Assembly (NCBI RefSeq): GCF_004765795.1 | Contig: NZ_SBIV01000004.1 | Location: 310,001 to 365,638 of the forward strand | Reading direction: 5' to 3' | DNA: 55,638 nucleotides | DNA from: Halorussus marinus | GTDB lineage: Archaea; Halobacteriota; Halobacteria; Halobacteriales; Haladaptataceae | In this document: piece after piece, positions 31,239 through 41,161 of the stretch | Layout: each line of letters starts with the position of its first letter | How positions within the stretch are numbered: position 1 is the stretch's first letter | The notes under the pieces: model-generated | The model's input: the letters and a program-made list of their open reading frames with translations, nothing else | Told to the model about the DNA's origin: nothing | The model's database searches: none | Position numbers and translations under genes: made by a program

Positions 31239-31871
31239 TCAGACGACGCCGACCGCCCGGATCGGCGACCCGTCGCCGCCGAGCGCGAGGGGGTAGCCCC
31301 GGAGTTCGAACCGATCGTCGACCGCACCGAGGTTCGCGAGGTTCTCGACGACGAGCCGATCTTCGCCCAGCAGACGGTGGTGAGCGACGAACCCGTCCGG
31401 TTCGTCGGGGGCGGCCGCGTCGGTCGGCGTGGGGTCGGGGTTGAGGGTGTCCGTGGCGACGTCGAACCCCCGTTCGGCACACCGTCGGGCCGCCGCGGGC
31501 GTCAGGTACGGGTGATCGAGGTACCGGCGGGTCCCCCAGTGGTCGTCCCACCCGGTCCAGAAGACGACCCAATCGGCGTCCGCGTCCGGGACGCGCTCGG
31601 CCGGGATCGGATCGCGGTCGCCGAGGTCCCGGCAGTCGACCCGAACCGCCTCCCCGCAGAACCGCTCGATCGGGTACGCATCGAGGGTCCGTCCGCCGGG
31701 CTCGGTGTGGGCGGGGGCGTCGACGTGCGTTCCCGAGTGACTCCCCAACTCGACGCTCGCCACCCTGCAACCGTCGGCGGCGTGCGTCGAGTGATCGCGG
31801 ACCTCGACGTCCGGATCGCCCGGATACGTCTGCATCCCGGTCTCGATTCGGTGGCTCAGATCTGCGTGCAC
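31239..31871 (-). CDS. cyclase / kynurenine formamidase family protein
   Basis: DLSH, HSGTHVDAPAH, ENL and GDGSPIRA motifs. Start is 31871, or possibly 31889. Confidence 0.88.
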   Translation of the reverse strand: MHADLSHRIETGMQTYPGDPDVEVRDHSTHAADGCRVASVELGSHSGTHVDAPAHTEPGGRTLDAYPIERFCGEAVRVDCRDLGDRDPIPAERVPDADADWVVFWTGWDDHWGTRRYLDHPYLTPAAARRCAERGFDVATDTLNPDPTPTDAAAPDEPDGFVAHHRLLGEDRLVVENLANLGAVDDRFELRGYPLALGGDGSPIRAVGVV

Positions 31872-31969
31872 GCCGGCAGTTGAGGACACCGGGGTAAAAA
31901 GCCTGCTTGAGAGAGACTAGCGCAATATTTATCATGATCCTGTCGAACCGTCCGTACAGATGTGGCAAT

Positions 31970-32200
31970 GTTTTACCACCGCTCACACCACGCCTGACGG
32001 CGAGCTACGACGTGATCGTCACCGCTCCGAACTTCAAGCTCTGGGAGATCATGGCCGTCGGCCACGTCGTCTCGACCGGGCTGGCCGCGGCCATCAGCGC
32101 CGTCGCGCCCGACGACTTCCGCTTCGAGGCGATCGCACAGGAGGGGTCGGGCGTCGCGGCCGACGGCGGCCCGTCGGCCAGCGGAAGTGACGGCGAATGA
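31970..32200 (+). pseudogene. probable C-terminal remnant of an SSS-type permease
   Basis: One TM segment plus a PDDFRF...ADGG tail resembling haloarchaeal SSS C-termini. The ATGs at 31960 and 31968, at normal spacing from the TATA-like ATATTTAT, are out of frame. Confidence 0.4.
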
Positions 32201-32424
32201 TCGGAAGAGAGATCTTCACCGGCATGATCGGGCTGTTCTGGATCGCCGAGGCGGCGTTCGGGGCGCTCGTCGTCTACTGGTTCGTGACCCAGGGGTTCGA
32301 CGGCGACGAGACGACCGCCGACGCGACCGGCGTGGCCCTCGAGGACCGCTCGACCACGCTCGGGTCGCTCGCCATCTGGGCCGGGTTCTTCGGCCTCCTC
32401 GTGCTCGACGTCATCGGCGCCTGA
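32197..32424 (+). CDS. small 2-TM membrane protein
   Basis: 75 aa, ATGA overlap with the upstream frame, two hydrophobic helices around an acidic loop. Confidence 0.6.
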   Translation: MIGREIFTGMIGLFWIAEAAFGALVVYWFVTQGFDGDETTADATGVALEDRSTTLGSLAIWAGFFGLLVLDVIGA

Positions 32425-32626
32425 GTCGGACGCGGGACCGACCTCGACGGGTCGGTCGCCGAGAATCCGTCCCGACGACAGTCGGGGCTCCGAGATCCGA
32501 GACGCTCCACTCCAGCCGGTGTCGTCGTCCCGGCTGGTCGACGGTGCCATTAGGTGGTACCCACCTCGGACGCGAATATAGTTCCTCGTATCGCGGTCGG
32601 TGTGAGAGCCCGCGCCGGCGACCGCC

Positions 32627-33829
32627 TTACCGCTTCTCGGCGATGCGCTCGGCGATGTGGTCGCCGAACGGGAGCGAGGAGGTGAGCCCGGGCGAGACCG
32701 CGTTCAGGATGTGGACCGCGTCGTCGGTCTCGATGAACAGCGGGTCTTTCACGAGTTCGCCGTCCTCGCTCACCAGTTGGGCCCGGATGCCGGCGTAGCT
32801 CTGGTGGAGGTCGGCCTCCCGAACTTCGGGCACGAGCCGCTGGGAGGCCTCGACGAACTTCTCCTTGCGGTAGGACTTGTTGAGTTCCTCCCACGCCACC
32901 CCGACCATCGTCGGCGAGGCGAGTAGCTTCCAGAACCCCTCGTAGGTCAGCGTCTCCCTGAGGTCCCCGAGGTCGAACTGGGTGTTCTCGTAGGCCTCGC
33001 GGCCGAACGCCAGCACCGCGTTCGGGCCGACGATGACCTTCCCGTCGGCCCGCCGCGTGTAGTGGACCCCGAGGAACGGCAGTTCGGGATCTGGCGTCGG
33101 GTAGATCATCGACTGACAGAGGTCGGCTTTCTCGGGGGTGACCTCGTAGTACTCCCCGCGGAACGGCACGACCTGGTACTGCTCGCCGACGCCCACCTGG
33201 TGGGCCAGCGTGTCGGCGTGGAGCCCCGCGGCGTTCACGAGGTACTCGGCGTCGACGACGCTGTTGCTCGTCGCGAGCCGGTAGCCCGACTCCCGGTCGT
33301 AGATCCGCGAGACCTCGTGGCCCAGATACAGCGATACCCCGGCGTCCTGCACCTCGCGCGCGAGCGTGTAGACGTACTGCTGGGAGTCGACCGACGCCGC
33401 CTCGGGGGCGTACAGGGCGGCCTGCCCCTCGGCGTGGGGCTCGCGTTCGCGGAGTTCGGCCCGCGAATCGAGTAGCTCGTACTCGACGCCGTTTTCCTCG
33501 GCCTGCTCGGCCAGCTCGTCGAGTCGGGCCTCCTCGCGGTCGTCGGTCGCGACCACCACCACTCCGAGCTCCTCGCAGGGGACGCCGTTCTCGTCGCAGT
33601 AGGCTTTCATCCGCCGGGTGCCCTCGGTCGCGAACCGGGCCTTTTCGGAGCCGGGCGGGTAGTTGAACCCCGGGTGGAGCACCCCGGAGTTACGGCCGCT
33701 CTGGTGCTCGGCGAGGCGGTGTTCTTTCTCGATGACGGCGACGTCGAAGTCGGTGCGCTCGGCGAGGTGCTTCGCGACCGACAGCCCGACGCAACCGCCG
33801 CCGACGATGGCGACGTCGTGGTCTGTCAT
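32627..33829 (-). CDS. lhgO: L-2-hydroxyglutarate oxidase (LhgO) family FAD oxidoreductase
   Basis: GGGCVG, HQSGRNSGVLH, PFRGEYY, PFLGVH, GPNA, AGIRAQ and NAVSPGLTSS motifs. Confidence 0.8.
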   Translation of the reverse strand: MTDHDVAIVGGGCVGLSVAKHLAERTDFDVAVIEKEHRLAEHQSGRNSGVLHPGFNYPPGSEKARFATEGTRRMKAYCDENGVPCEELGVVVVATDDREEARLDELAEQAEENGVEYELLDSRAELREREPHAEGQAALYAPEAASVDSQQYVYTLAREVQDAGVSLYLGHEVSRIYDRESGYRLATSNSVVDAEYLVNAAGLHADTLAHQVGVGEQYQVVPFRGEYYEVTPEKADLCQSMIYPTPDPELPFLGVHYTRRADGKVIVGPNAVLAFGREAYENTQFDLGDLRETLTYEGFWKLLASPTMVGVAWEELNKSYRKEKFVEASQRLVPEVREADLHQSYAGIRAQLVSEDGELVKDPLFIETDDAVHILNAVSPGLTSSLPFGDHIAERIAEKR

Positions 33830-33936
33830 CGTGTTCGTGTACCGAATGCTTCTGCCCCCGCTTTGATGTACCGCTTCCCGGCGGTATTCGTGTGGGTTCT
33901 CAACGACTAAGTTACGCGAGTGTGTCATCGGGTGGT

Positions 33937-34728
33937 ATGGACTTCGAGATAGCAGGCAACGCGGCGCTCGTAACGGCCTCGAGTAGCGGCCTCGGCAAGG
34001 CGTCGGCGAAGGCGCTCGCCCGAGAAGGCGCGAACGTCGTCGTGAACGGTCGCTCCCAAGAGTCCCTCGACGAGGCGGTCGAGGAGATCGAAGACGTCGC
34101 GGCCGGCGAGGTCGTCGGCGTTCAGGCCGACCTCACCGACGCCGACGACATCGAACGGCTCGTCCAGACGACCATCGAGGAGTTCGGCGGACTCGACCAC
34201 CTCGTGACCTCCGCCGGCGGCCCGCCGTCGGGCCCGTTCCTCGAGACGACCGACGAAGACTGGTACGAGGCGTTCGACCTGCTGGTGATGAGCGTGGTCC
34301 GGACCGTCCGGGAGGCCGCCGACCACCTCGAAGCCGACGGCGGGGGCACCGTCGTCAACATCACCTCCCGGAGCGTCAAGGAGGCGATCCCGTCGCTCGT
34401 GCTCTCGAACTCCGTCCGGATGAGCGTGATCGGCTTGGAGAAGACCCTCTCGACGGAGCTCGCCCCGGAGGTCCGGGCGAACGCGGTCCTGCCCGGCCCC
34501 CACGAGACAAGCCGCATCACCGACCTCATCGATCAGGCGGTCGAGCGCGGCGAGTACGACTCCTACGAAGAGGGGTTAGAGGCCCGGGGCGAGTCGAACC
34601 CGCTCGGCCGGATCGGCGACCCGATGGAGCTGGGCGACACCGTCGCGTTCCTCTGTTCGCCCCGATCGGAGTACATCAACGGCACCGCCATCCCGATCGA
34701 CGGCGGGTCGGGCAACTCGAACCTGTAG
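33937..34728 (+). CDS. SDR family oxidoreductase (atypical, no YxxxK)
   Basis: TASSSGLG and SAGGPP motifs, LSNSVR in place of YxxxK, and IDGG. Confidence 0.85.
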   Translation: MDFEIAGNAALVTASSSGLGKASAKALAREGANVVVNGRSQESLDEAVEEIEDVAAGEVVGVQADLTDADDIERLVQTTIEEFGGLDHLVTSAGGPPSGPFLETTDEDWYEAFDLLVMSVVRTVREAADHLEADGGGTVVNITSRSVKEAIPSLVLSNSVRMSVIGLEKTLSTELAPEVRANAVLPGPHETSRITDLIDQAVERGEYDSYEEGLEARGESNPLGRIGDPMELGDTVAFLCSPRSEYINGTAIPIDGGSGNSNL

Positions 34729-34774
34729 TTCCGCTACCGTCACCTTCTTTTCGACGTATCGCGACCCAGAGCGC

Positions 34775-35122
34775 ATGGAGCCAGTCAGTTTCGACGAGGC
34801 CGAAACGTACGAACCCGACGAGGGGTGGGCCCGCGCCGCGCTCGCGGGGAGCGACGCATTCAGCTTCGAGTGGTTCGAGAAGCCGCCGGGCCACTCCTCG
34901 CCGATGCACGACCACGAGAACGAGCAGGTGTGTCTCGTCCTGGAGGGCGAACTCACCGTCCACACCGAGGACGATTCGGTGACGATGGGCGAGTACGACT
35001 CGGTGTTGCTCGAATCGTGGGAGTCCCACCGCGTCGAGAACACGGGCGAGGAGCGCGCAGTCGGACTCGACGTGTTCGCGCCGGGCCGGGGCTTCGACTT
35101 CTGGACCGACCGGGAGGAGTAG
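34775..35122 (+). CDS. cupin domain protein
   Basis: HDHENEQ...LEGEL and ESHRVEN metal-binding motifs. Confidence 0.88.
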   Translation: MEPVSFDEAETYEPDEGWARAALAGSDAFSFEWFEKPPGHSSPMHDHENEQVCLVLEGELTVHTEDDSVTMGEYDSVLLESWESHRVENTGEERAVGLDVFAPGRGFDFWTDREE

Positions 35123-35944
35123 ATGCGGTATCTCGCGCGCACCGCCGACGGGGCGCCGCTGATCGGCGACGAGGAGGGGTTCGTCCCGCTCGGGGCCGCC
35201 GACCCCGACCTGTCGACGATCGAGGAGGCGCTCGCCCGGGCGCCCGACGGGCTCCCGGACCCCGCGGCGGCGCCCGCCGAGCGAGTCCCCGAGGAGGAAC
35301 TCGCCTTCGGGCTCCCGCTCGATCGACCCGGGAAGCTCTGGGGGATCGGGCTGAACTACGCCGACCACGCCGAGGATCTGGACGAGGTCCGGCCCGAGGA
35401 GCCCGCGAGCTTCCTCAAACCCCCCTCGACCGCGACCGGGCCCGGCGGCCCGATCCGGCTTCCCGACGCCGACGTGACCGATCGGATCACCGCCGAGGCC
35501 GAACTCGGGGTCGTGGTCGGCCGGCGGTGTTCGAGCGTCGCCGAGGACGAGTTCGCCGACGTGGTCGCGGGGTTCGTCCCGATCATCGACATGACCGCCG
35601 AGGACATCCTCGAACGCAATCCGCGCTTTTTGACCCGGGCGAAGAGCTTCGACACGTTCCTCGTGGCGGGCCCGTACGTCGCTGTCCCGGACTCGCCCGA
35701 GGCGTTCATGGAGAAGGTGCGAGTCCGGACGGTCGTAAACGACGAGACGGTCTCCGAGAACACCCTCGACGGGATGCTGTTCGAGCCCCCCGAACTGCTC
35801 AGCTACCTCTCGGAGTCGACGACGTTCGCGCCCGGCGACGTGATCAGCACCGGCACGCCCGGCGCGGGCGTCATCGAAGACGGCGACGAAGCGCGCGCGG
35901 CGGTCGAACCGATCGGCGACCTCTCTGCGGACGTGGTGCGGTAG
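35123..35944 (+). CDS. fumarylacetoacetate hydrolase family protein
   Basis: GIGLNYADH, FLKP, EAEL, DMTA, RAKSFDTF and GDVISTGTP motifs. Confidence 0.9.
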   Translation: MRYLARTADGAPLIGDEEGFVPLGAADPDLSTIEEALARAPDGLPDPAAAPAERVPEEELAFGLPLDRPGKLWGIGLNYADHAEDLDEVRPEEPASFLKPPSTATGPGGPIRLPDADVTDRITAEAELGVVVGRRCSSVAEDEFADVVAGFVPIIDMTAEDILERNPRFLTRAKSFDTFLVAGPYVAVPDSPEAFMEKVRVRTVVNDETVSENTLDGMLFEPPELLSYLSESTTFAPGDVISTGTPGAGVIEDGDEARAAVEPIGDLSADVVR

Positions 35945-36002
35945 CGGCGTTCGGGCGGGCCGCTACCCGTACTTTCTTCTCGGACTCACGCCAAGCACGA
36001 GT

Positions 36003-37229
36003 ATGACCGGCGAAGCCCGGAATCCGAGCGACGACGCTGGACCGCTCGACGGCGTGACAGTCCTCGACGCCTCGCGCGTCCTCGTGGGACCGTTCTGCAC
36101 GATGCAACTCGGTGACCTCGGCGCCGACGTGATCAAGGTCGAGCGCCCCGAGACCGGCGACCAGACTCGCCACTGGCATCCGCCCCGATACGGCGACGCC
36201 GAGGAGTCGGCCTACTACATGAGCGTCAACCGGAACAAGCGCTCGATCACCCTCAACCTCCAGTCGGAAGCGGGTCGGGAGGTGTTTCGCGACCTCGCCT
36301 CGGAGGCCGACGTGCTGGTCGAGAACTTCCGGGTCGGCGCGATGGAAGACTGGGACCTCGGCTACGAGGACCTCCGGGAGGACAACCCCGGACTCGTCTA
36401 CTGCGGGCTCTCGGGGTACGGCGAGTGGGGCCCGGACGCCGATCGACCGGCCTACGACATCATCATGCAGGCCGAGGGCGGGATGATGAGCATCACGGGC
36501 GAGGACGGCGGCGCGCCCGTCCGGGTCGGGGTCGCCATCGCCGACATCGGCGCGGGGATGTACGCGACCCAGGCGATCCTGGCCGCGCTCCTCGAACGCG
36601 AACTCGGCGACGGCACCGGCCAGAAACTCGACGTGAGCCTGCTCGACGGGCAGGTCGCGTGGATGAGCTACATGGCGTCGAACTACTTCGCGACCGGCGA
36701 GTCGCCGGGCCGGATGGGCTCGAAGCATCCGACCATCGCGCCCTATCAGGCGTTCGAGACCGCCGACGGCTACGTGGTCGTCGCCTGCGCCAGCGAGCAC
36801 ATCTGGCCGCGGCTCTGCGAGGCGCTCGATCGGCCCGACCTCGCGGCCGACCCGCGGTTCGAGTCGAACGCCGACCGAGTCGAGAACCGCGAGGAACTCG
36901 ACGCCGTCCTCGACGCGGCGTTCGCGGAGATGACGACCGACGAGGCCCTCGACCTGCTGGCCGACCACGACGTGCCCGCAAGCGACGTGAAAGACATGGC
37001 GGCGGTGTTCGACAACCCGCAGGTCGAGGCCCGCGGGATGCACCGGTCGGTCGACCACCCGACCGCCGGCGAGGTCGAGATGGCCGGGAGCCCGATGCAC
37101 TTCTCGCGGACCCCCACGAGCGTCCGCCAGCACCCGCCGCGGCTGGGCGAACACACCGACGACGTTCTCCGCGAATACGGCTACACCGACGAGGACATCG
37201 AACGGCTCAGAGAAGAGTCGGGCGTGTAG
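36003..37229 (+). CDS. CaiB/BaiF (family III) CoA-transferase
   Basis: GPFCTMQLGDLGADVIKVE, NRNKRS, ENFR, AYD, catalytic D in IADIGAG, and LGEHT motifs. Confidence 0.92.
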   Translation: MTGEARNPSDDAGPLDGVTVLDASRVLVGPFCTMQLGDLGADVIKVERPETGDQTRHWHPPRYGDAEESAYYMSVNRNKRSITLNLQSEAGREVFRDLASEADVLVENFRVGAMEDWDLGYEDLREDNPGLVYCGLSGYGEWGPDADRPAYDIIMQAEGGMMSITGEDGGAPVRVGVAIADIGAGMYATQAILAALLERELGDGTGQKLDVSLLDGQVAWMSYMASNYFATGESPGRMGSKHPTIAPYQAFETADGYVVVACASEHIWPRLCEALDRPDLAADPRFESNADRVENREELDAVLDAAFAEMTTDEALDLLADHDVPASDVKDMAAVFDNPQVEARGMHRSVDHPTAGEVEMAGSPMHFSRTPTSVRQHPPRLGEHTDDVLREYGYTDEDIERLREESGV

Positions 37230-37253
37230 AACGCAGAACGGGTCCGGCGTCGA

Positions 37254-38219
37254 TCAGCTCGTCAGGCCCATCGCTTCGATCTGTTCCTGATAGCGATTGC
37301 GGATGGTGACCTCGGTCACCTGCGCGACGTCGGCGACCTCCCGCTGGGTCTTTTTCTCGTTGCACAAAAGCGAGGCGGCGTAGATGGCGGCGGCGGCGTA
37401 GCCGGTCGGGGACTTGCCAGAGAGCAAGCCCTGCTCGGCCGAAGTCTCGATGATCTCGTTGGCCTTGGCCTGTACCTCCTCGGGCAGATCGAGCTCCGAG
37501 CAAAACCGCGGGACGTACTTCGTCGGGTCGACGGGTTTCATCTCGAGGCCGAGTTCCTGGGAGATGTATCGATACGTGCGGCCGATCTCCTTGCGTTCGA
37601 CCCGCGAGACGCCCGCGACCTCCTCCAGCGAGCGCGGGATACCCTCCTTCCGACAGGCGGCGTAGAGCGTGGCGGTGGCGACCCCTTCGATCGAGCGCCC
37701 CCGGATCAGGTCCTCGTTGAGCGCGCGCCGGTAGATCACCGACGCGACCTCCCGTACCGATCGGGGGACCCCGAGCGCGGAGGCCATCCGGTCGGACTCC
37801 GAGAGCGCGAACTGGAGGTTGCGCTCGCCGGCGTCTTTGGTGCGGATCCGGTTTTGCCACTTTCGGAGCCGGTTCATCTGACTGCGCTTTTCGGAGGAGA
37901 GCGACTGGCCGTAGGCGTCTTTGTCCTTCCAGTCGATGGTGGTCGTCAGCCCCTTGTCGTGCATCGTGTTGGTGGTCGGGGCGCCGACCCGGGACTTCTC
38001 CTGGCGCTCGGAGTGGTTGAACGCCCGCCACTCGGGTCCCCGGTCGATGTTCTCGTCTTCGAGGACCAGCCCGCAGTCCTCGCAGACGACCTCGCTCCCG
38101 TCGGCGCTTTTCACCAGCTGTGCGGACTCACACTCGGGGCACTCCTGGCGCTGACCTGTCTCCTGTTGGTTTTCCTGCTCCTGCTCGCCTCGATCTTGAC
38201 GCCGCCTCGTTCTCTCCAC
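37254..38219 (-). CDS. tfb: transcription initiation factor IIB
   Basis: Zn ribbon CPEC...[19 protein letters not shown], two cyclin repeats and [10 protein letters not shown]. Confidence 0.96.
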   Translation of the reverse strand: MERTRRRQDRGEQEQENQQETGQRQECPECESAQLVKSADGSEVVCEDCGLVLEDENIDRGPEWRAFNHSERQEKSRVGAPTTNTMHDKGLTTTIDWKDKDAYGQSLSSEKRSQMNRLRKWQNRIRTKDAGERNLQFALSESDRMASALGVPRSVREVASVIYRRALNEDLIRGRSIEGVATATLYAACRKEGIPRSLEEVAGVSRVERKEIGRTYRYISQELGLEMKPVDPTKYVPRFCSELDLPEEVQAKANEIIETSAEQGLLSGKSPTGYAAAAIYAASLLCNEKKTQREVADVAQVTEVTIRNRYQEQIEAMGLTS

Positions 38220-38380
38220 ACATTGACTTAGATGGGCAAGTAGGTATAACGCTTATGCGGACTCGGTCGGTCGCGACCCGTCGAGTCCGGGCCGGGCGGC
38301 CCGCGCGAGCCCCCGCCGGGGCCGATCGCCATGCCGCTACCGTCGGACATAACCGTCCAGCGGGGCCATCTCCGACGACG

Positions 38381-39610
38381 ATGGGCATCGCCGACCGACT
38401 CGGAGCAGTCCGCCGCCTCGGGACCGAACTGTGGGGCGGCGGGCGCGGCCCGATCCTCGTCGCGGTCGCCGGCGGGTGGTTCCTCTCGCTCGGCGTCCGG
38501 ATGATCTACCCCGCCGTGTTGCCCCAACTGCGGGCCGCGTACGGACTCGACCTGACGGCCGCTGGCCTGCTCGTCACGGCGCTGTGGGTCGCTTACGCGC
38601 TCGGCCAACTCCCCGGCGGGCTACTCGACGACCGGTTCGGCGGCGGGCGCGTGCTGGTCGCGAGCACCGCCGTCTCGGCGGTCGCGCTCGCGGTCGTGGT
38701 CACGGCGGGGTCGGTCGGCGTGCTGTTCGGCGCGACGCTCCTGTTCGGGTTCGCGACCGCGCTGTACGGCGTCGCGCGGTTCACCATCCTCTCGGACAAC
38801 TACCCAGAGCGGGGCGGCACCGCGATCGGGCTGACGATGGCCGCCGGCGATCTCGGGAGTTCGGTGCTCCCGCCGCTGGCGGGCGCGCTCGTGGTCGCGG
38901 TCGCGTGGCAACTCGGGTTCGGGTTCGCGATCCCGCTGTTCGCGCTCGCGGCCGTCGGCATCGGGATCGTCGTGCCGAGCGCCCGCCGCGACGCCGAGAC
39001 CGACGCGTCGGAAGCCGGCGTCGGCGAGGCGTTCCGAGCGGTCGCAGGCGTGATGACCGACCGGTCGGTCCTGCTCGTGACCGCGGTCCAACTGCTCGGC
39101 TACTGCGTCTGGCAGGGGTTCACCGGGTTCTATCCGACCTACCTCGTCGAGGTCAAGGGGCTGGCCCAGACGACCGCGACGGCGCTGTTCGGGGGCTTTT
39201 TCGGGCTCGGCATCCTCGTCAAGCCGATGGCGGGGTCGGCCTACGACGTCTACGGCCTCCGGCGGTCGCTCCCGCTGGTGTTGCTCGTGATCACCGCGTC
39301 GATGGCGCTGGTGCCGGTCGTCGAGGGGCTGGCGGCGATCGCCGCGGTCACCGCGCTGGCCAGCAGCGTGCTCGGCTACGCGACCATCACCCTCACCTAC
39401 CTCACGGGCGCGTTCCCCGACGAGGTCCGGGGGACCGGCCTCGGGGTGTTGCGGACCGGCTACATGCTGGTCGGCGCGGCGAGTCCGACGGTCGTGGGCG
39501 CGCTCGCCGATCGGGGCTACTTCGACGAGTCGTTCTTCCTGCTGGCGGGCGTGGGGGCGGTCGCCGCACTGCTCGCGATCCGGGTCCCCGACCGAACCGC
39601 CGACACCTAA
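38381..39610 (+). CDS. MFS transporter
   Basis: 12 TM segments with MFS motif A QLPGGLLDDRFGGGR. Confidence 0.88.
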   Translation: MGIADRLGAVRRLGTELWGGGRGPILVAVAGGWFLSLGVRMIYPAVLPQLRAAYGLDLTAAGLLVTALWVAYALGQLPGGLLDDRFGGGRVLVASTAVSAVALAVVVTAGSVGVLFGATLLFGFATALYGVARFTILSDNYPERGGTAIGLTMAAGDLGSSVLPPLAGALVVAVAWQLGFGFAIPLFALAAVGIGIVVPSARRDAETDASEAGVGEAFRAVAGVMTDRSVLLVTAVQLLGYCVWQGFTGFYPTYLVEVKGLAQTTATALFGGFFGLGILVKPMAGSAYDVYGLRRSLPLVLLVITASMALVPVVEGLAAIAAVTALASSVLGYATITLTYLTGAFPDEVRGTGLGVLRTGYMLVGAASPTVVGALADRGYFDESFFLLAGVGAVAALLAIRVPDRTADT

Positions 39611-39634
39611 GTTCTCCGGAGCCCTGGCCCGCAC

Positions 39635-40168
39635 ATGGACCAGATTTTCGCCCCGTGGCGCATCGAGTGGGTCGAACGCGACGACAAGAACCCCGACGTC
39701 GACTGCGTGTTCTGTGCGTTCCCCGACCGCGACGACGACCGCGAGCACCTCGTGGTCGCCCGGAGCGACCGGACGTTCGTCATGCTCAACAACTACCCCT
39801 ACAACCCCGGCCACGTCATGGTGATCCCGCGGGTCCACACGGGCGATTACGCCGATCTCCCCGAGGACGTGCTGGTCGATCACGCCCGGCTCAAACAGCG
39901 CACCTTCGACGCCGTCGAGGCCGCGCTCGGGGCCGACGGCTTCAACGCCGGGCTCAACCTCGGGACGGGCGCGGGCGGCTCGATCGACGACCACCTCCAC
40001 ACCCACGTCGTCCCGCGGTGGGAGGGCGACACCAACTTCATGCCGGTGCTCTCGGACACGAAGGTGCTCGTGGAGGCGCTCGAGGACACCTACGATCGAC
40101 TCCGCGCGGCGTTCGCCGAGCAGGAGGGTGTCAGCGTGCCGGCGGAGGGCGCCGTCCGGATCGAGTGA
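39635..40168 (+). CDS. HIT family nucleotide hydrolase
   Basis: CVFC, NYPYNPGH and the histidine triad HLHTH. Confidence 0.92.
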   Translation: MDQIFAPWRIEWVERDDKNPDVDCVFCAFPDRDDDREHLVVARSDRTFVMLNNYPYNPGHVMVIPRVHTGDYADLPEDVLVDHARLKQRTFDAVEAALGADGFNAGLNLGTGAGGSIDDHLHTHVVPRWEGDTNFMPVLSDTKVLVEALEDTYDRLRAAFAEQEGVSVPAEGAVRIE

Positions 40169-40216
40169 GCGTCGAGAGCGATACACCCTTCTTTCCGGCG
40201 GTCCAACCCCCGCCCG

Positions 40217-41137
40217 ATGAACCGGAAGGCGGCGGTCCGCCGGGTCGGGGCGCTCGTGCTCGCGGTCAACGTCCTGTTGGTCGCCGCCAAGGGCGCCGTC
40301 TGGTGGGCGACCGGTAGTCTCGCGGTGGGCTCGGAGGCCGTCAACAGCCTCGCGGACGTGGCCTACAGCGCGGTCGTCGTGGCGGGCCTGTACCTGACGA
40401 CCCGACCGCCCGACTTCAGCCACCCCCACGGCCACGAGCGCATCGAACCGTTCGTCTCGCTGTTCGTCGCCGTCGGGGTGTTCGCCGCGGGCGGCGCGGT
40501 GCTCTGGAGCGCGGCGACCAGCGTCCTGTCGGGCGAGATCGCGGCCTCGACCGGCCCGATCGCGCTCGGGGTCCTCGGCGGGACCGCCGCGATCAAGTAC
40601 GGCCTCTACCGGTACTGTCTCCGGGTGGCCGAGCGCCGGCGCTCGCCCGCGATCCGAGCCACCGCGCTTGACAACCGCATCGACGTGCTGACCGCGACCG
40701 CGGCGCTGATCGGGGTCGCGGGCGCGAACGCCGGCTACCCGGTGTTGGACCCGATAGCGGCGAGCGCGGTCGCGCTCGGCATCCTCTACACGGGCTACGA
40801 GATCGTCGAGGACAACGTCGACTACCTCGTGGGGAGCGCGCCCCCCGAGGACCTCCGGTCCGAGATCGTCCGGCGAGCGCTCGCTCACCCCGACGTCGAG
40901 GGCGCCCACGACGTCATCGCCCACTACGTCGGCCCGGAGATCGACGTGAGCCTCCACATCGAAGTCGAGGGCGACCGCACGCTTCGGGAGACCCACGCGA
41001 TCGAGACCGAGATCGTGGAGGCGATCCGGGACCTCGAGGAGGTCGACGACGTGTTCGTCCACGTCGACCCGAAGGAACTCGGCGAGTGGAAAGAAGACGA
41101 CGAGGTCGGTCGGCTCGTCGGCGGCAGTTCCCGGTGA
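40217..41137 (+). CDS. cation diffusion facilitator (FieF-like) transporter
   Basis: HPHGHERIE, DNRID, DPI and a C-terminal dimerisation domain with VHVDP. Confidence 0.9.
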   Translation: MNRKAAVRRVGALVLAVNVLLVAAKGAVWWATGSLAVGSEAVNSLADVAYSAVVVAGLYLTTRPPDFSHPHGHERIEPFVSLFVAVGVFAAGGAVLWSAATSVLSGEIAASTGPIALGVLGGTAAIKYGLYRYCLRVAERRRSPAIRATALDNRIDVLTATAALIGVAGANAGYPVLDPIAASAVALGILYTGYEIVEDNVDYLVGSAPPEDLRSEIVRRALAHPDVEGAHDVIAHYVGPEIDVSLHIEVEGDRTLRETHAIETEIVEAIRDLEEVDDVFVHVDPKELGEWKEDDEVGRLVGGSSR

Positions 41138-41161
41138 GCACGGTCCGGTCCGACTGCCCGG

